A stretch of 64,000 nucleotides of DNA, from the NCBI GenBank assembly GCA_964252035.1, contig OZ176202.1; one strand, 5' to 3'. This DNA comes from Podarcis erhardii. Taxonomy: Eukaryota. The stretch's first letter is position 1. Each line of letters begins with the position of its first letter. Below the pieces are notes generated by a model that was not told the origin of the DNA, ran no database searches, and saw only the letters and a list, made by a program, of their open reading frames with translations. The position numbers and the translations under genes are program-made. Below, piece by piece: positions 12,291 to 22,905 of this stretch.

Positions 12291-13780
12291 GTCAAACCAC
12301 TTCTTAAAAAACCATCTTTAGATGCGGCCACGATGGCCAACTATCGCCCAGTCTCAAATCTTCCATTCTTGGGCAAGGTGATTGAGCGAGTGGTTGCTGA
12401 ACAACTCCAGGCACGCCTGGAAGAAGCGGACCATTTGGATCCCTTCCAGTCGGGATTCAGGCCTCATCATGGGACTGAAACTGCCTTGGTCGCACTGGTT
12501 GATGATCTCCGGCGGGCTAGGGACAAAGGTGAGAGCTGTTTCCTGGTTCTGCTGGATCTCTCAGCGGCGTTTGATACCATCGACCATAACATCCTCCTGG
12601 ACCGTCTTGAGGGGCTGGGAGCTGGGGGCACTGTCATACAGTGGTTCCGCTCCTTCCTCCTGGGCCGTGTTCAGAAAGTGGTGGTGGGGGATGAGGGTCC
12701 AGACCCCTGGGCTCTCACTTGTGGGGTGCCTCAGGGTTCTGTCCTCTCCCCCATGCTTTTCAACATCTACATGCAGCCGCTGGGAGAGATCATCAGGGGG
12801 TTTGGGCTGGGTGTTCATCAGTATGCGGATGATACCCAGCTCTACCTCTCTTTCAAATCAGAACCAGTGAAGGCGGTGACAGTCCTGTGTGAGTGTCTGG
12901 AGGCGGTTGGAGGATGGATGGCGGCTAACAGATTGAGATTGAATCCTGACAAGACAGAAGTACTGTTTCTGGGGGACAGGAGGCGGGCGGGTGTGGAGGA
13001 CTCCCTGGTCCTGAATGGGGTACCTGTGCCCCTGAAGGACCAGGTGTGCAGCCTGGGAGTCATTTTGGACTCACAGCTGTCCATGGAGGCACAAGTTAAA
13101 TCCGTGTCCAGGGCAGCTGTGTACCAGCTCCATCTGGTACGCAGGCTGAGACCCTATCTGCCTGTGGACTGCCTCGCCAGAGTGGTGCATGCTCTGGTTA
13201 TCTCCCGCTTGGACTACTGCAATGCACTCTACGTGGGGCTACCTTTGAAGGTGACCCGGAAACTACAACTAATCCAGAACGCAGCAGCCAGACTGGTGAC
13301 AGGGAGCGGCCGCCGAGACCATATAACACCGGTCTTGAAAGACCTACATTGGCTCCCAGTACGTTTCCGAGCACAATTCAAAGTGTTGGTGCTGACCTTT
13401 AAAGCCCTAAACGGCCTCGGTCCAGTATACCTGAAGGAGCGTCTCCACCCCCATCATTCTACCCGGACACTGAGGTCCAGCACCGAGGGCCTTCTGGCGG
13501 TTCCCTCACTGCGAGAAGTCAAGTTACAGGGAACCAGGCAGAGGGCCTTCTCGGTAGTGGCGCCCTCCCTGTGGAATGCCCTCCCACCAGATGTCAAAGA
13601 GAACAACAACTACCAGACTTTTAGAAGACATCTGAAGGCATACCTGTTTAGGGATGCTTTTAATGTTTGATGTATCATAGTATTTTAATATTCTTTTGGA
13701 AGCCGCCCAGAGTGGCTGGGGAGGCCCAGCCAGATGGGCGGGGTATAAATAATAAATTATTATTATTATTATTATTATTA
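12291..13780 (+). mobile_element. L2 LINE, 5'-truncated, recent
   Basis: Continuous RT frame from VKPLLKKPSLD; 3' UTR ggaagccgcccagagtggctgggg...; (ATT)n tail at 13756-13780. Confidence 0.95.
12333..13670 (+). CDS. L2 ORF2 reverse-transcriptase domain (445 aa, no endonuclease domain)
   Basis: Motifs NYRPVSNLPFLGKVIE, QSGFRPHHGTETAL, LLDLSAAFDTIDH, GVPQGSVLSP, YADD and the C-terminal HITPVLKDLHWLP; no internal stop. Probably not translated as such because the element is truncated. Confidence 0.9.
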   Translation: MANYRPVSNLPFLGKVIERVVAEQLQARLEEADHLDPFQSGFRPHHGTETALVALVDDLRRARDKGESCFLVLLDLSAAFDTIDHNILLDRLEGLGAGGTVIQWFRSFLLGRVQKVVVGDEGPDPWALTCGVPQGSVLSPMLFNIYMQPLGEIIRGFGLGVHQYADDTQLYLSFKSEPVKAVTVLCECLEAVGGWMAANRLRLNPDKTEVLFLGDRRRAGVEDSLVLNGVPVPLKDQVCSLGVILDSQLSMEAQVKSVSRAAVYQLHLVRRLRPYLPVDCLARVVHALVISRLDYCNALYVGLPLKVTRKLQLIQNAAARLVTGSGRRDHITPVLKDLHWLPVRFRAQFKVLVLTFKALNGLGPVYLKERLHPHHSTRTLRSSTEGLLAVPSLREVKLQGTRQRAFSVVAPSLWNALPPDVKENNNYQTFRRHLKAYLFRDAFNV

Positions 13781-14836
13781 TATATTATTCACATGTTTGC
13801 GCTTACATAGCCAAAACCGCACCACCCATGTGCAAGAGGGAGCAAAGACTCAGAATACCCCTGTGGTATGTGAAAGTAAATCTTTAAAAAAAGAAATAAC
13901 CTTAAGGGGAGAAGAGTCTAAAAACAGCTGGATGAAGACTGAGCACCCTCAGTGCTCATAGAATGCTGTCTGACTATTGTAAGGGACACAGCTGAAAAGG
14001 AAGAGAAAAGGAAGAGAACGGCGAAGAAAACAAAACAAAAAAGGGTAGAATCATCTGGTTGTCTTGATGGTGATCTACCTGGTTCACTCTGAGAAGCTAT
14101 TTATTTTCAATATTCCCAGGGATGGTGCCCACAGAAGTCGAGGGAGAAATAAAAGTTTTTAGCAGGCATCAATGTGCCCATGTTCTGTTCAAAAACAGCC
14201 CACTGAGGACTAAGCATGTTCAAAGGGCACACTAGGCTGACTGAACACTGGGGCAGAGGTAGAGACAGCCAGGAGAGAGGAGGAATTTCATGACATGCCA
14301 CGCATCTGTTGAAGCATTTCTTATAGTCATTAAATTCCAGCTGATCTTGATTTTGCACCTGTTTGCGTTGGTGCCATCATGTAACTTAAATTCATGCTCT
14401 GATCTGTGTGTCTGTGCAATTCCATGAATGGAAGCCTCCTCCATCAAGTTCAACAGAAAGGATAACTCTTGGCTCTTACAAAGGAATCCATTTGCAGAGC
14501 TGACTTATCCATTTAAATGAAAAGGGTGTTCTAGCAGGTAAAGAATGGCTTTAATTTCTCTAAGAATTTGACCTCCATACCTAAAAGAGGTTTAAGGACT
14601 TGCAGCACAATTATTTGCATGTCTACTCAGAAGTAAGTCCCTTTAAATCCAATGAGGGCTAACGTTTAAATGTGAATATAGGTTTAAATGTGAATATAGG
14701 ATTGAAGCCTTCTATTGCCACATTTCATGTTGGCAGCTCTTCTAGTGTATTAGCATCACCTAAGCTTCTGAGTCATCTTCATCTCCCAGGCTTACTGGGG
14801 CAAGGGCAGGCACAAGGTAGATCAGGATATCTGGAT

Positions 14837-15606
14837 TGCGTGGCGAGTTCCCGCACCCCACCAAGGATAAATAAAGACACCAGACACCAGAATTTAAGGT
14901 TAAATGGGCGAATTAGGCCACAACTTTATTGAATTCAGGAATGAGAGGCATTGGCTCAGGCATTGGTCCTATCGACTATCCGGCTCCAGCCCATTTGCTG
15001 GAGACACGGGAAGGGTTAACACCATAGAGGGGGAGTCTCCTGCTGAGGCACGACAACTAGGAGCTCCCCCGGGTCACCGCTCGGGGGCGTGCCTTAGGCC
15101 CACACCTCCATAGGCTTCGGACAGGGCCACGCCCCCCGGAGTCCTTTATTGGACCACCCTTCGTTCACTGGGGGGGAGGTGATGGCGTTCCTCCCCCCCC
15201 CACATCCTCTTAACCCCTTCTTACCAATGCCTAACTGCCAATGCCAAGGAGTTGTGACAAGTTGCTACGAGGTAGGCGAAAAACCAAATGGCTGTAAATT
15301 GCCAATTGGGAAAAATTCCTACCATGCCCCTTGTGGCGACAGACCAAAGTCCATAGCAAAGTCAGAAACCTACCTAAAGGGAGGGAGGGTGGGAAAACGT
15401 GGGGGCTAGCCGGCAAAAGAGGGCGAGCCCCGGCCGCGCCGGCCCTAAATAGGGCAGGCCACGCCCCCCCGGCACCCAATTGACTGGCTGGGTGGACGAC
15501 GCGGCCGGGATTCCCCTGCTCTCGCGGGGGCTGAAACCAGCCCCCGCGGTGGGCGTGAAGCCCGCAACTCCACCTCCTGGGCAGGCCGGAAGTGGCTTTG
15601 TTTACA
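14837..15606 (-). mobile_element. Solo LTR (ERV- or BEL-like), 770 bp
   Basis: TG...CA ends. Flanks CTGGAT (14831-36) and CTAGAT (15607-12) form a 6-bp TSD with one mismatch. On the minus strand: CCAAT (15476-80), GC box, TATTTA (15446-51), AATAAA (15145-50 and 14925-30). CpG-rich. Confidence 0.65.
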
Positions 15607-16600
15607 CTAGATTGGTAAGAATTCCTGACTCTCAATCATTTAACAAAGGTAACCAAAAGACTCTTCCCCCACCCACAAATTGTAGTGAGGAAATAAAGAA
15701 AGCTTCAAGAGGGCAGGACGCAGGAACAGATTTTTGTATAGAAGGACTGTTAGCTCCATTCAGTTTTAGTACTAAAAAGATTCCTTGGCTCAGAATTATT
15801 TATGTGTCTGTCTTCTGCACCAGGTTCCATCTGGTGGATCTCCAGGTTCTAGTCAAAAACAATGTAGATCCTGCAACCCTGAAGTCTATCGACCCCTGTG
15901 CACGGATACCAAAATACCACCACAAGTTATTCCATTCTCCTAATGAGGCAGAGGTAGCAATTAAGCCTGGCTTTAATTAAACCTATAATTTTTATGCATT
16001 TCTGCCCTATTTATGCATGTGCCAAAAATAAATTCCATTAGCACCAAAGGCAGCATGATCTCTTGTGAAGTAACTTCTAAACATATTTAACATTCCATTT
16101 TGTTCTGCATACGGTGTCCTCGATGTAAGAATTTATTATGATGGCCTTGGCTGTTCTCTCCAGCTAATAGCAATTAATACGTAGCCTATACCTCTTAGAA
16201 GAAACAGCATCCACAGCACAGTCTGCGTCTGTTACATTTTTCAGCTTCTTTAATGGCTGGAATTGTTTTCCTGGAGTCCAGCCACACCACCTTTTAGCTT
16301 ACGCAAAGGAACAAGCTTTCCTCCTATTCCTTGGTTTAAAAACTGCCAACTTTTCAAGTTCATAAAGACAGAAAATATTTAAACAAGATTATAATGTCTT
16401 GAAGAACGCCTCTCAAGGCAACAGAACTTAACTTTCTGGACCTCAAATTTGAAGACTACGGTGCCAGACAGAGTTATCTGCAAGTTTAGTTCCCTTGGAC
16501 TGGATTCTTATTGAAGTCTGTCCCCAATTTCTTTATGAATTAAAGTTATAGGTGTTGCCAGGCAAGGCACTGGACATTCTCATTGCAATTTTGCAAGCTA

Positions 16601-16965
16601 CAGTGGTGCCCCGCAAGACGAATGCCTCGCAAGACAGAAAACCCGCTAGACGAAAGGGTTTTCCGTTTTGGAGGTGCTTCGCAAAACGAATTTCCTATGG
16701 GCTTGCTTCGCAAGACAAAAATCTCTTGCGAGTTCCTGCGGGGTTTTTTTCCTCCCCCCCTTTTTTCTAAGCCGCTAAGCCGCTTATCAGCTGATCCGCT
16801 GAGCCGCTAAGCCACTTATCAGCTGATCTGCTAAGCCGCTTATCAGCTGATCCGCTAAGCCGCTAATAGCGCTAAGCCGCTAATGGGCTTGCTTCGCAAG
16901 ACGAAAAAACCGCAAGACGAAGAGACTCGCGGAACGGATTCTTTTCGTCTTGCTAGGCACCACTG
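16601..16965. mobile_element. pogo/Tigger-type MITE, family B (365 bp)
   Basis: TA-CAGTGGTGCC...GGCACCACTG-TA; subterminal CGCAAGACGAA repeats; internal tandem repeats. Confidence 0.95.
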
Positions 16966-17020
16966 TATCATTTTGTTTCACATACTTGAGCAGGTCAACT
17001 GACTACAGGCCACTTTATAG

Positions 17021-17518
17021 TGTTGCATGTCATCCCAATCTCCGAGCGGTGCGAGAGTCCAGAGGCTTATCCAGGGTTTGGTTTCCTCAGAATGAGGGTC
17101 AGCGGAGACTGTGGTGTGTTTACAGCATATGGTTTATTTACACATATATACAACCTGAGCCTACGATGGAAGGGTTCACAGCATTAACATCCCATGAGGG
17201 TCTTGCTTCTCTCATAGCCACAGCCTTGGATTCCAAGAGAAATCAAGCATAACTCTGTCTCCCAGCCTTCAGCCTTATCAGCTTCCAGCTCACATAACTG
17301 AACTCTCAACTCTGGCCTTTGTCTTTCTAACAATTAGAGAGTTTGTTGTGTGGCACAGAGCCATTTCCTTTGTTACCTTAAAGGCCCATACTTAGAGGAC
17401 CATTACCTCACCAGGAAGCTAAGGTGGCTATTCCAGGAATTGAATCTGTGCTGGATCCAGAAATTAGAAGGGGGGTCAGCTCAGGCATACAGACTACCCC
17501 CTTCCCAAACTCATAACA
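17021..17518 (-). mobile_element. Solo LTR-like element (Gypsy/ERV), 498 bp
   Basis: TGTT...AACA termini and a minus-strand AATAAA (17133-38) about 115 nt from the 3' end; no TSD recognisable. Confidence 0.55.
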
Positions 17519-18015
17519 CTGTGTTACCTTTAGCAATTTTAACCTTTTGTACATGTCCTCAGTTGGCTGTCAGTTCTGGAAGACCTGCTCCCTACCTTGT
17601 AGGCCTTTTCCCACCTGGCTTGGGAGGGCCCTGACTGACTCCAGCTGCAAAATCTAAGGCTGCTTTACAGGTATTGTTTAAGGGGAAGCTTTGATATTGG
17701 ACTGCACATATTTCTTGTCAGGTATATTTACATCCTGATGAGAGGATCTCGCTGCAGCATTTTAACGACTTTGTTCTCCACAGCACTCACCTTTGGTCCG
17801 GGGCAGTATTTAATTGGCTTCACTTAATAGCTGAAAGTGACTGTCCATGACTTAATTATTGGCTCGAATCCCAAGCGAAAGCCCCCTCCCCTTTGGCGAG
17901 CAAAGGGAACAATCGGTTCTCGGACATCCTCAAATGGGAATGGACCTCCTGATTATTGAGAGCAATGTGGGCAGTTCACCTGGAGCTGATTTCCTAATTA
18001 TTTCATATTCATAAA

Positions 18016-18151
18016 CAGCCTTGTTTAGGGAAGTTTTTAATGACTGATGTTTTAATGTATTTTTAATCTTTGTTGGAAGCCGCCCAGAGTGGCTGGGGAA
18101 ACCCAGCCAGATGGGCAGGGTATAAATAATAAAATTATTATTATTATTATT
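18016..18151 (+). mobile_element. L2 3' end fragment
   Basis: Nearly identical to the 3' UTR of the L2 at 13650-13780; (ATT)n tail. Confidence 0.9.
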
Positions 18152-18152
18152 C

Positions 18153-18198
18153 ATGACCCTTGCGATCACTTCCAACTCTACAATTCTATGATTCTATG
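18153..18198 (+). mobile_element. CR1 extreme 3' tail
   Basis: atgaccctt...ttccaactctacaattctatgattctatg. Confidence 0.85.
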
Positions 18199-18668
18199 TT
18201 GTATTTGTAATGCTCTATTATGTTTTATTATATTATTATTTATTGTTTGTAAGCAGCTCTGAGATTCATTTGAATAAAAAGCTGCACAGAAATACAATAA
18301 ATCAGATCAAATGTTCTGTAAATTGCCCCGAGACCTCCTGGTACAGGGCAGTATATAAATTCAATAATTAATAATAATAATAAATGGCTTTGTACTTGTG
18401 GGTGGGTGGGTTTGATACATATAGAAACTTGATCCTTCTTTGGTTCCTGCTTGCGTGTATTTTGAAAGAAGAATCTGTAATTTCTATCCATGCCCACTAT
18501 TCTTAAATGATGCTATGTGTATCTATTCCATATGCAGGTACTGAATCAGAAGTACAAGATATAACATGAAAAATGTTGCTCAGAAATTATAGAAATTACA
18601 GAATGTTGCTCAGCCAATCACATGTTTCATACAGCTGGCAAATGAAGCCAAGCTCTTAATCCCACAAT

Positions 18669-18751
18669 GAAGACAATGCCACGTAGAAGACAATGCCACG
18701 TAGAAGACAATGCCACGTATAAAAATGTCACGTAGAAGACAATGCCACGTA
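18669..18751. repeat. 17-bp minisatellite GAAGACAATGCCACGTA (4 perfect units plus 1 degenerate 15-bp unit)
   Basis: Units start at 18669, 18686, 18703, 18720 (degenerate) and 18735. Confidence 0.95.
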
Positions 18752-18787
18752 TAAAGATTTTTGTGAGGCTGGAAAGAATGACAATTC

Positions 18788-18849
<62 letters not shown>
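18788..18849. repeat. Compound (CA)n(GA)n microsatellite
   Basis: Read directly from the sequence. Confidence 0.97.
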
Positions 18850-18852
<3 letters not shown>

Positions 18853-19785
18853 GGGAAGTGAATGGGAAAGCCTTTGCATGCAATGAAATCTGTTCTCTGC
18901 ACCAAGGTCCCCATGCCAACAACAAACTGTTTGTTAGACACGATTCTTTAATTATACCCTGAAGTGACTTTTCCTACTTCTGGTATATATATATAGTGCT
19001 TTTGAAATACCACAATTTTGTTACATTCCAATAACATGCAGCTCAACTCTGTTCATACTAATCATGTCAATTATTTGTCCATATTTGAACTTCATTGTTA
19101 AGACCTGTTGAAAGCCTAGCCTAGTTTTCTCATTGCTCCATTCTGGATCATTCCAGTTTCTATCATGTCCAATTTCTCTTTGTAAGAACTTAGCACAGTA
19201 CTGGCAGTGGCTATTTTTCTTGTACTGGCCAAGGCTAACAGAGTGCAAACATGTGTTTCTTGTTTTCTCATTCTTCATAATTCATTTCATGCATTGGATT
19301 GTGGATATATTCAAATTGGAAGCTTCCTGAAAAGAACTTGTTACATGCACGATTTGGGGGTTCTAGTCAAACAGATTTCTTCACCGTCTCCTTTCTAGTC
19401 TGCTGATAATTGTTATTCCACTGTTCGGAGCTATTTTTATCACTGCTTGATTCCTTCCCTACTATCAGGTCAACAGTTTTTAACCACCTGAAGCCCCATG
19501 TGACCATCACACAAAGGATCTTGAGATGCATGAACTGATATTGGGTCTCTGGATATCCTGTTACACAAAACATTAAAAAGAGATATGTCCAGTAGTTCCC
19601 AAAATTTGGTTCTTACAGTCTGGCAGACACTTTATTAACATTGGACTGAGTTAATAGGGCTAATCTCAGTATTTCAGTTTAAATGGTTGTAAAACAAGAT
19701 ATTAGGTTTGGTGCCTTGTGTGAACTATGATTACATATTGTTGTTTTAGGCTGTAGTTTACCGGTAATTAAAACCTGACAGAACA

Positions 19786-20159
19786 GTTCACGTGTCACAT
19801 TAAACTATATTTTAAACTATGGTTTAGCATGAACAAGCTGGTGGGTGCTGCTCACTCATGCTTGCTTTGCTCCTCACCTGCTCCTGACTTTTTCCAGTCA
19901 GGAAGAAACAAATCACAGTGCTGATTTAGTGTTACATACAAACCAGCACCCCTGATTTCTTGGAGAGATGCAAGCCATGAGCACTGGCTTGCATGCAATG
20001 CTAACTAAGCACTGTTTGTTTTCTCCCGGCTGGGGGAAAGGCTGGAGTAGGAGAGGACTGAAGCAAGTACAACTGAACAGCATGTACTACCACATTGCTT
20101 CTTCACATTAAACCAGAGCTTACTTTTTACTATGGCTCAATGTAGCACGTGAACCAGGC
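19786..20159. mobile_element. Old fold-back (palindromic) MITE-like element
   Basis: gttcacgtgtcacatt...aatgtagcacgtgaac ends plus internal inverted blocks (aaacaaatcacagtgct / agcactgtttgtttt). A related partial copy lies near 35328-35595. Confidence 0.5.
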
Positions 20160-22811
20160 TATAGTGTGTGGGTGTATCTACCTGTCTGTCCTGAGTGTAT
20201 GGAACAGTGAGATAATATTTTTTTTAAAATGCGGTCTTGAAAATATGGAATTAAGATTATGAGCAATTGAATAATCTGGCTGTAACAAATTGGTCACTGT
20301 CACAGGCCTTCACGCCCTCCCGAAGTTCCTGCCATAAATGTAAGTCAGATAACAGATAAAAGTCCAAGGTCTTCCAATAAGGTTCTGCTCTGGATTTCAT
20401 CTCACATGGAAAATAGGCAGGTTTTCCCTAAGCCTGGACTCAAGAGATAGTATTCAGACTTTACATTCATTCAACAAGTGTACAATCTGTGTACACAAAT
20501 AGTTGAGCTGTGCACCCGCACACAGTTATTCACAGGCAATATTCAACAAACATACAATCAGTGTTTGTGTACAGAATACTTAAGCTATATGAATAAAAAT
20601 GTGCACACTCTTTCACACTTTTTTTGCACTTGTGCTCATTGTGTGAAGAAGCTAACATTCAGAAAGCAGGTTTGATTGTCAGATCACTATGTGGCAGCTT
20701 CTTAAAAACTTACTGTATGACAGCTTGGAATGGGTTAGGATATTGCTTTGTTCAGCCCTAGTCGAGTAGTAACCTATTTTTACCAAGCTCCTTTGTCCAA
20801 CCCTCTCATTTCCCCAGATTTTCATCAGGTGTGGCAGTGTTGCAGAAACCACTTGACCCTATGGCATTAGCTGTAGTGGGTTGCTTCTCTACGTGGTTAA
20901 AGTCACCACACAATAAGTGTTATTTTTTATTTTAAAAAAAGTGCCGGAACTCACCACAAATGCCTCCCTTGTTCTCTTTAAGAGTGGCAATGGCGCCCAC
21001 CTGAGAGGTGTCAGAACTGGCTGGGGGGGAAAGCCCTAGGGGCCACTATGTGGTCAAAGGTTACCCAAATCTACACAAAGGTATCCAGAAAAAAAGGAGT
21101 AAGGTTACAATGAAAGTAATGGAAACATAGCCATGATGAGGAGAATTGATAAGACAACCTTTGGTATATACTTCCTCAGGAAAATGGGAGCCAGTAGCCC
21201 AAACCCTCTCCAGGAATACAAGTAACAGTGGCCATAGCAGGCTAGCACAGACTTTCCGGAAAGTTCTAGCTCATTTATTCAAATAGCTTTTGTGCTACTT
21301 TTCAGGATCCTAGATCCTCCCAAAGAGCTTAGAGTAAGAAATCATACTGAAGCAATAAGAACTTGTTATCCGCACTATTAAAATCAACACATAGTTTTAG
21401 AAGCCAAGCCCCCTGGTCAGCAGCAACAGGACCTGACAGAGAAGCACAGCCCATGCCATATTCACAGTTACACCAGCCAAAGAGGAAGGTTGGGTGGAGC
21501 GGGGGGGGGGGGGAAGGGCCCTGTGTTGTGCCAACGAGGATTGGAGGCAAGCGCTGCAGACACTGCGGGATTAGCAACCTCCCTACTCACTCGGGGGTTC
21601 CAGCGGCTCTCAGGGATGCAAGGCAGGAACAGAGAGGCTCACTGGCACCGAAAGAGGGGCCGAGTAGGACGGGTTCTAAAACGTAAGAAGCTAAACTTTT
21701 AACCTTCTGCCAGTCCGAAAGCAGGCCCAGACAGAACCAGTTTGTGCACGAGCAACGCCAGACTCACCTTGGCTCCCCAGGTGCCGAGCAGCAGCTTCCA
21801 TCCCAACTCCAGTGCTTCACCACCAGTCCTCACAGGCGGCTTCCAAGCTGCAGCTCTAGGTTCGTTGTACTTTTAAATACACACACACACACACAGTCTC
21901 TCTGCCTCCTTTCCCTTCCCTTCCTCTCTCATGAAGGACTACTTCCACTTTCCAGGTCAAAGGCAGAAGGGCTCTCAGCGGCCCCGCAGCATTTTAGGCG
22001 TAATGGGAGGCACCTGAGAGCAACATCCCAGCATCTCCTAAACCCGGGCGCGAGAAGAACGGAGAAGGGCAGTTCTCTGGGGTTGGGCCGGCTCTCTGGA
22101 GCTTCCATTAAAACCTGGACTGGAACTTCTCCAAGCTCTGCTGAACTGGAACACATAAATCCAGGAGCATATTCCCTAATATTAGGTGGACGATTAAGAA
22201 GAACTGTGGGCAAATCCTGACTCTTTGTTATAAATGAATGATAAAAACAAGCGTACCTTGCGTTTTACTGGTAGCTTAGTCCTACCAACTTTGTAATGTG
22301 TGCCTAATACATCTGTCAAGAAATAACAGTTTTCTGCAGGAGGGGTCATGGAGTGAACTACTTACCACTCCTAAAGAGTGAAATTAAAACTTATTTAAAG
22401 TTTTGAGCATTTTGATCCTATAGGACACAGGCAGAGCAATCCTAACAGGAGCTGGGGAGGAGCAAAGTGGTGGATTCAGGGCTGTGCTCCAAGCCCTCCT
22501 ATCTTTCACTGGCTGGAACAGAAGGTGAGGGAGCAGTTCGGCCACTTTGCTATGCCAGCTCTAGCCTGGCATAGCTGAGGGACCCGAGAATTGGACCCTT
22601 GGAGAACAGCATACCTTTGGGCCCAGTTAATCCAAAATCACCAGAGCCCCACCTGTTTCAGGGCTTTCTGCTTGCTGCTGCCAACAGAAAAACCACCAAC
22701 TTCCTACTCCTCATTCCAAGGCACAGCTAGGCCCCCATCATGAAAGAACCCCAGCAAAGAAGAGACATCTACACACCATCCTAACTCTCCCTTTAGGGGG
22801 GGGGGAGACTA

Positions 22812-22905
22812 GGATTGCACACTAACCTTTATTCTAAGGCACATTTACCTGAGAGTAACCCCCATTGAACACACCAGGACTTGATTTTGAGTAAACACAC
22901 ATAGG
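22812..22905. repeat. Short hairpin interspersed repeat (ggattgca...gtaagtcccattg...type)
   Basis: Related degenerate copies near 14608-14665, 23840-23975, 26170-26280, 44292-44347 and 60295-60380. Confidence 0.45.

Noticed and set aside
12147-12300. Possible SINE-L2 chimeric retrotranscript (Squam2 abutting L2)
   Set aside because: The SINE is far more decayed than the L2, so sequential insertion is simpler.
12382-13084. Alternative-frame ORFs inside the L2
   Set aside because: Shadow frames of the RT coding sequence.
15231-15980. 134- and 166-aa ORFs at the LTR
   Set aside because: GC-rich LTR sequence running into flank; no gag, pol or env motifs.
16552-16810. Recurrent VVPRKTNA...RRKGFPFWR peptides (also at 51183 and 62375)
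   Set aside because: Translations of the same non-coding family B MITE, not a gene family.
16760-16885. CRISPR-like appearance of palindromic repeats in the MITE
   Set aside because: Vertebrate DNA, no unique spacers, no cas genes; this is a tandem repeat.
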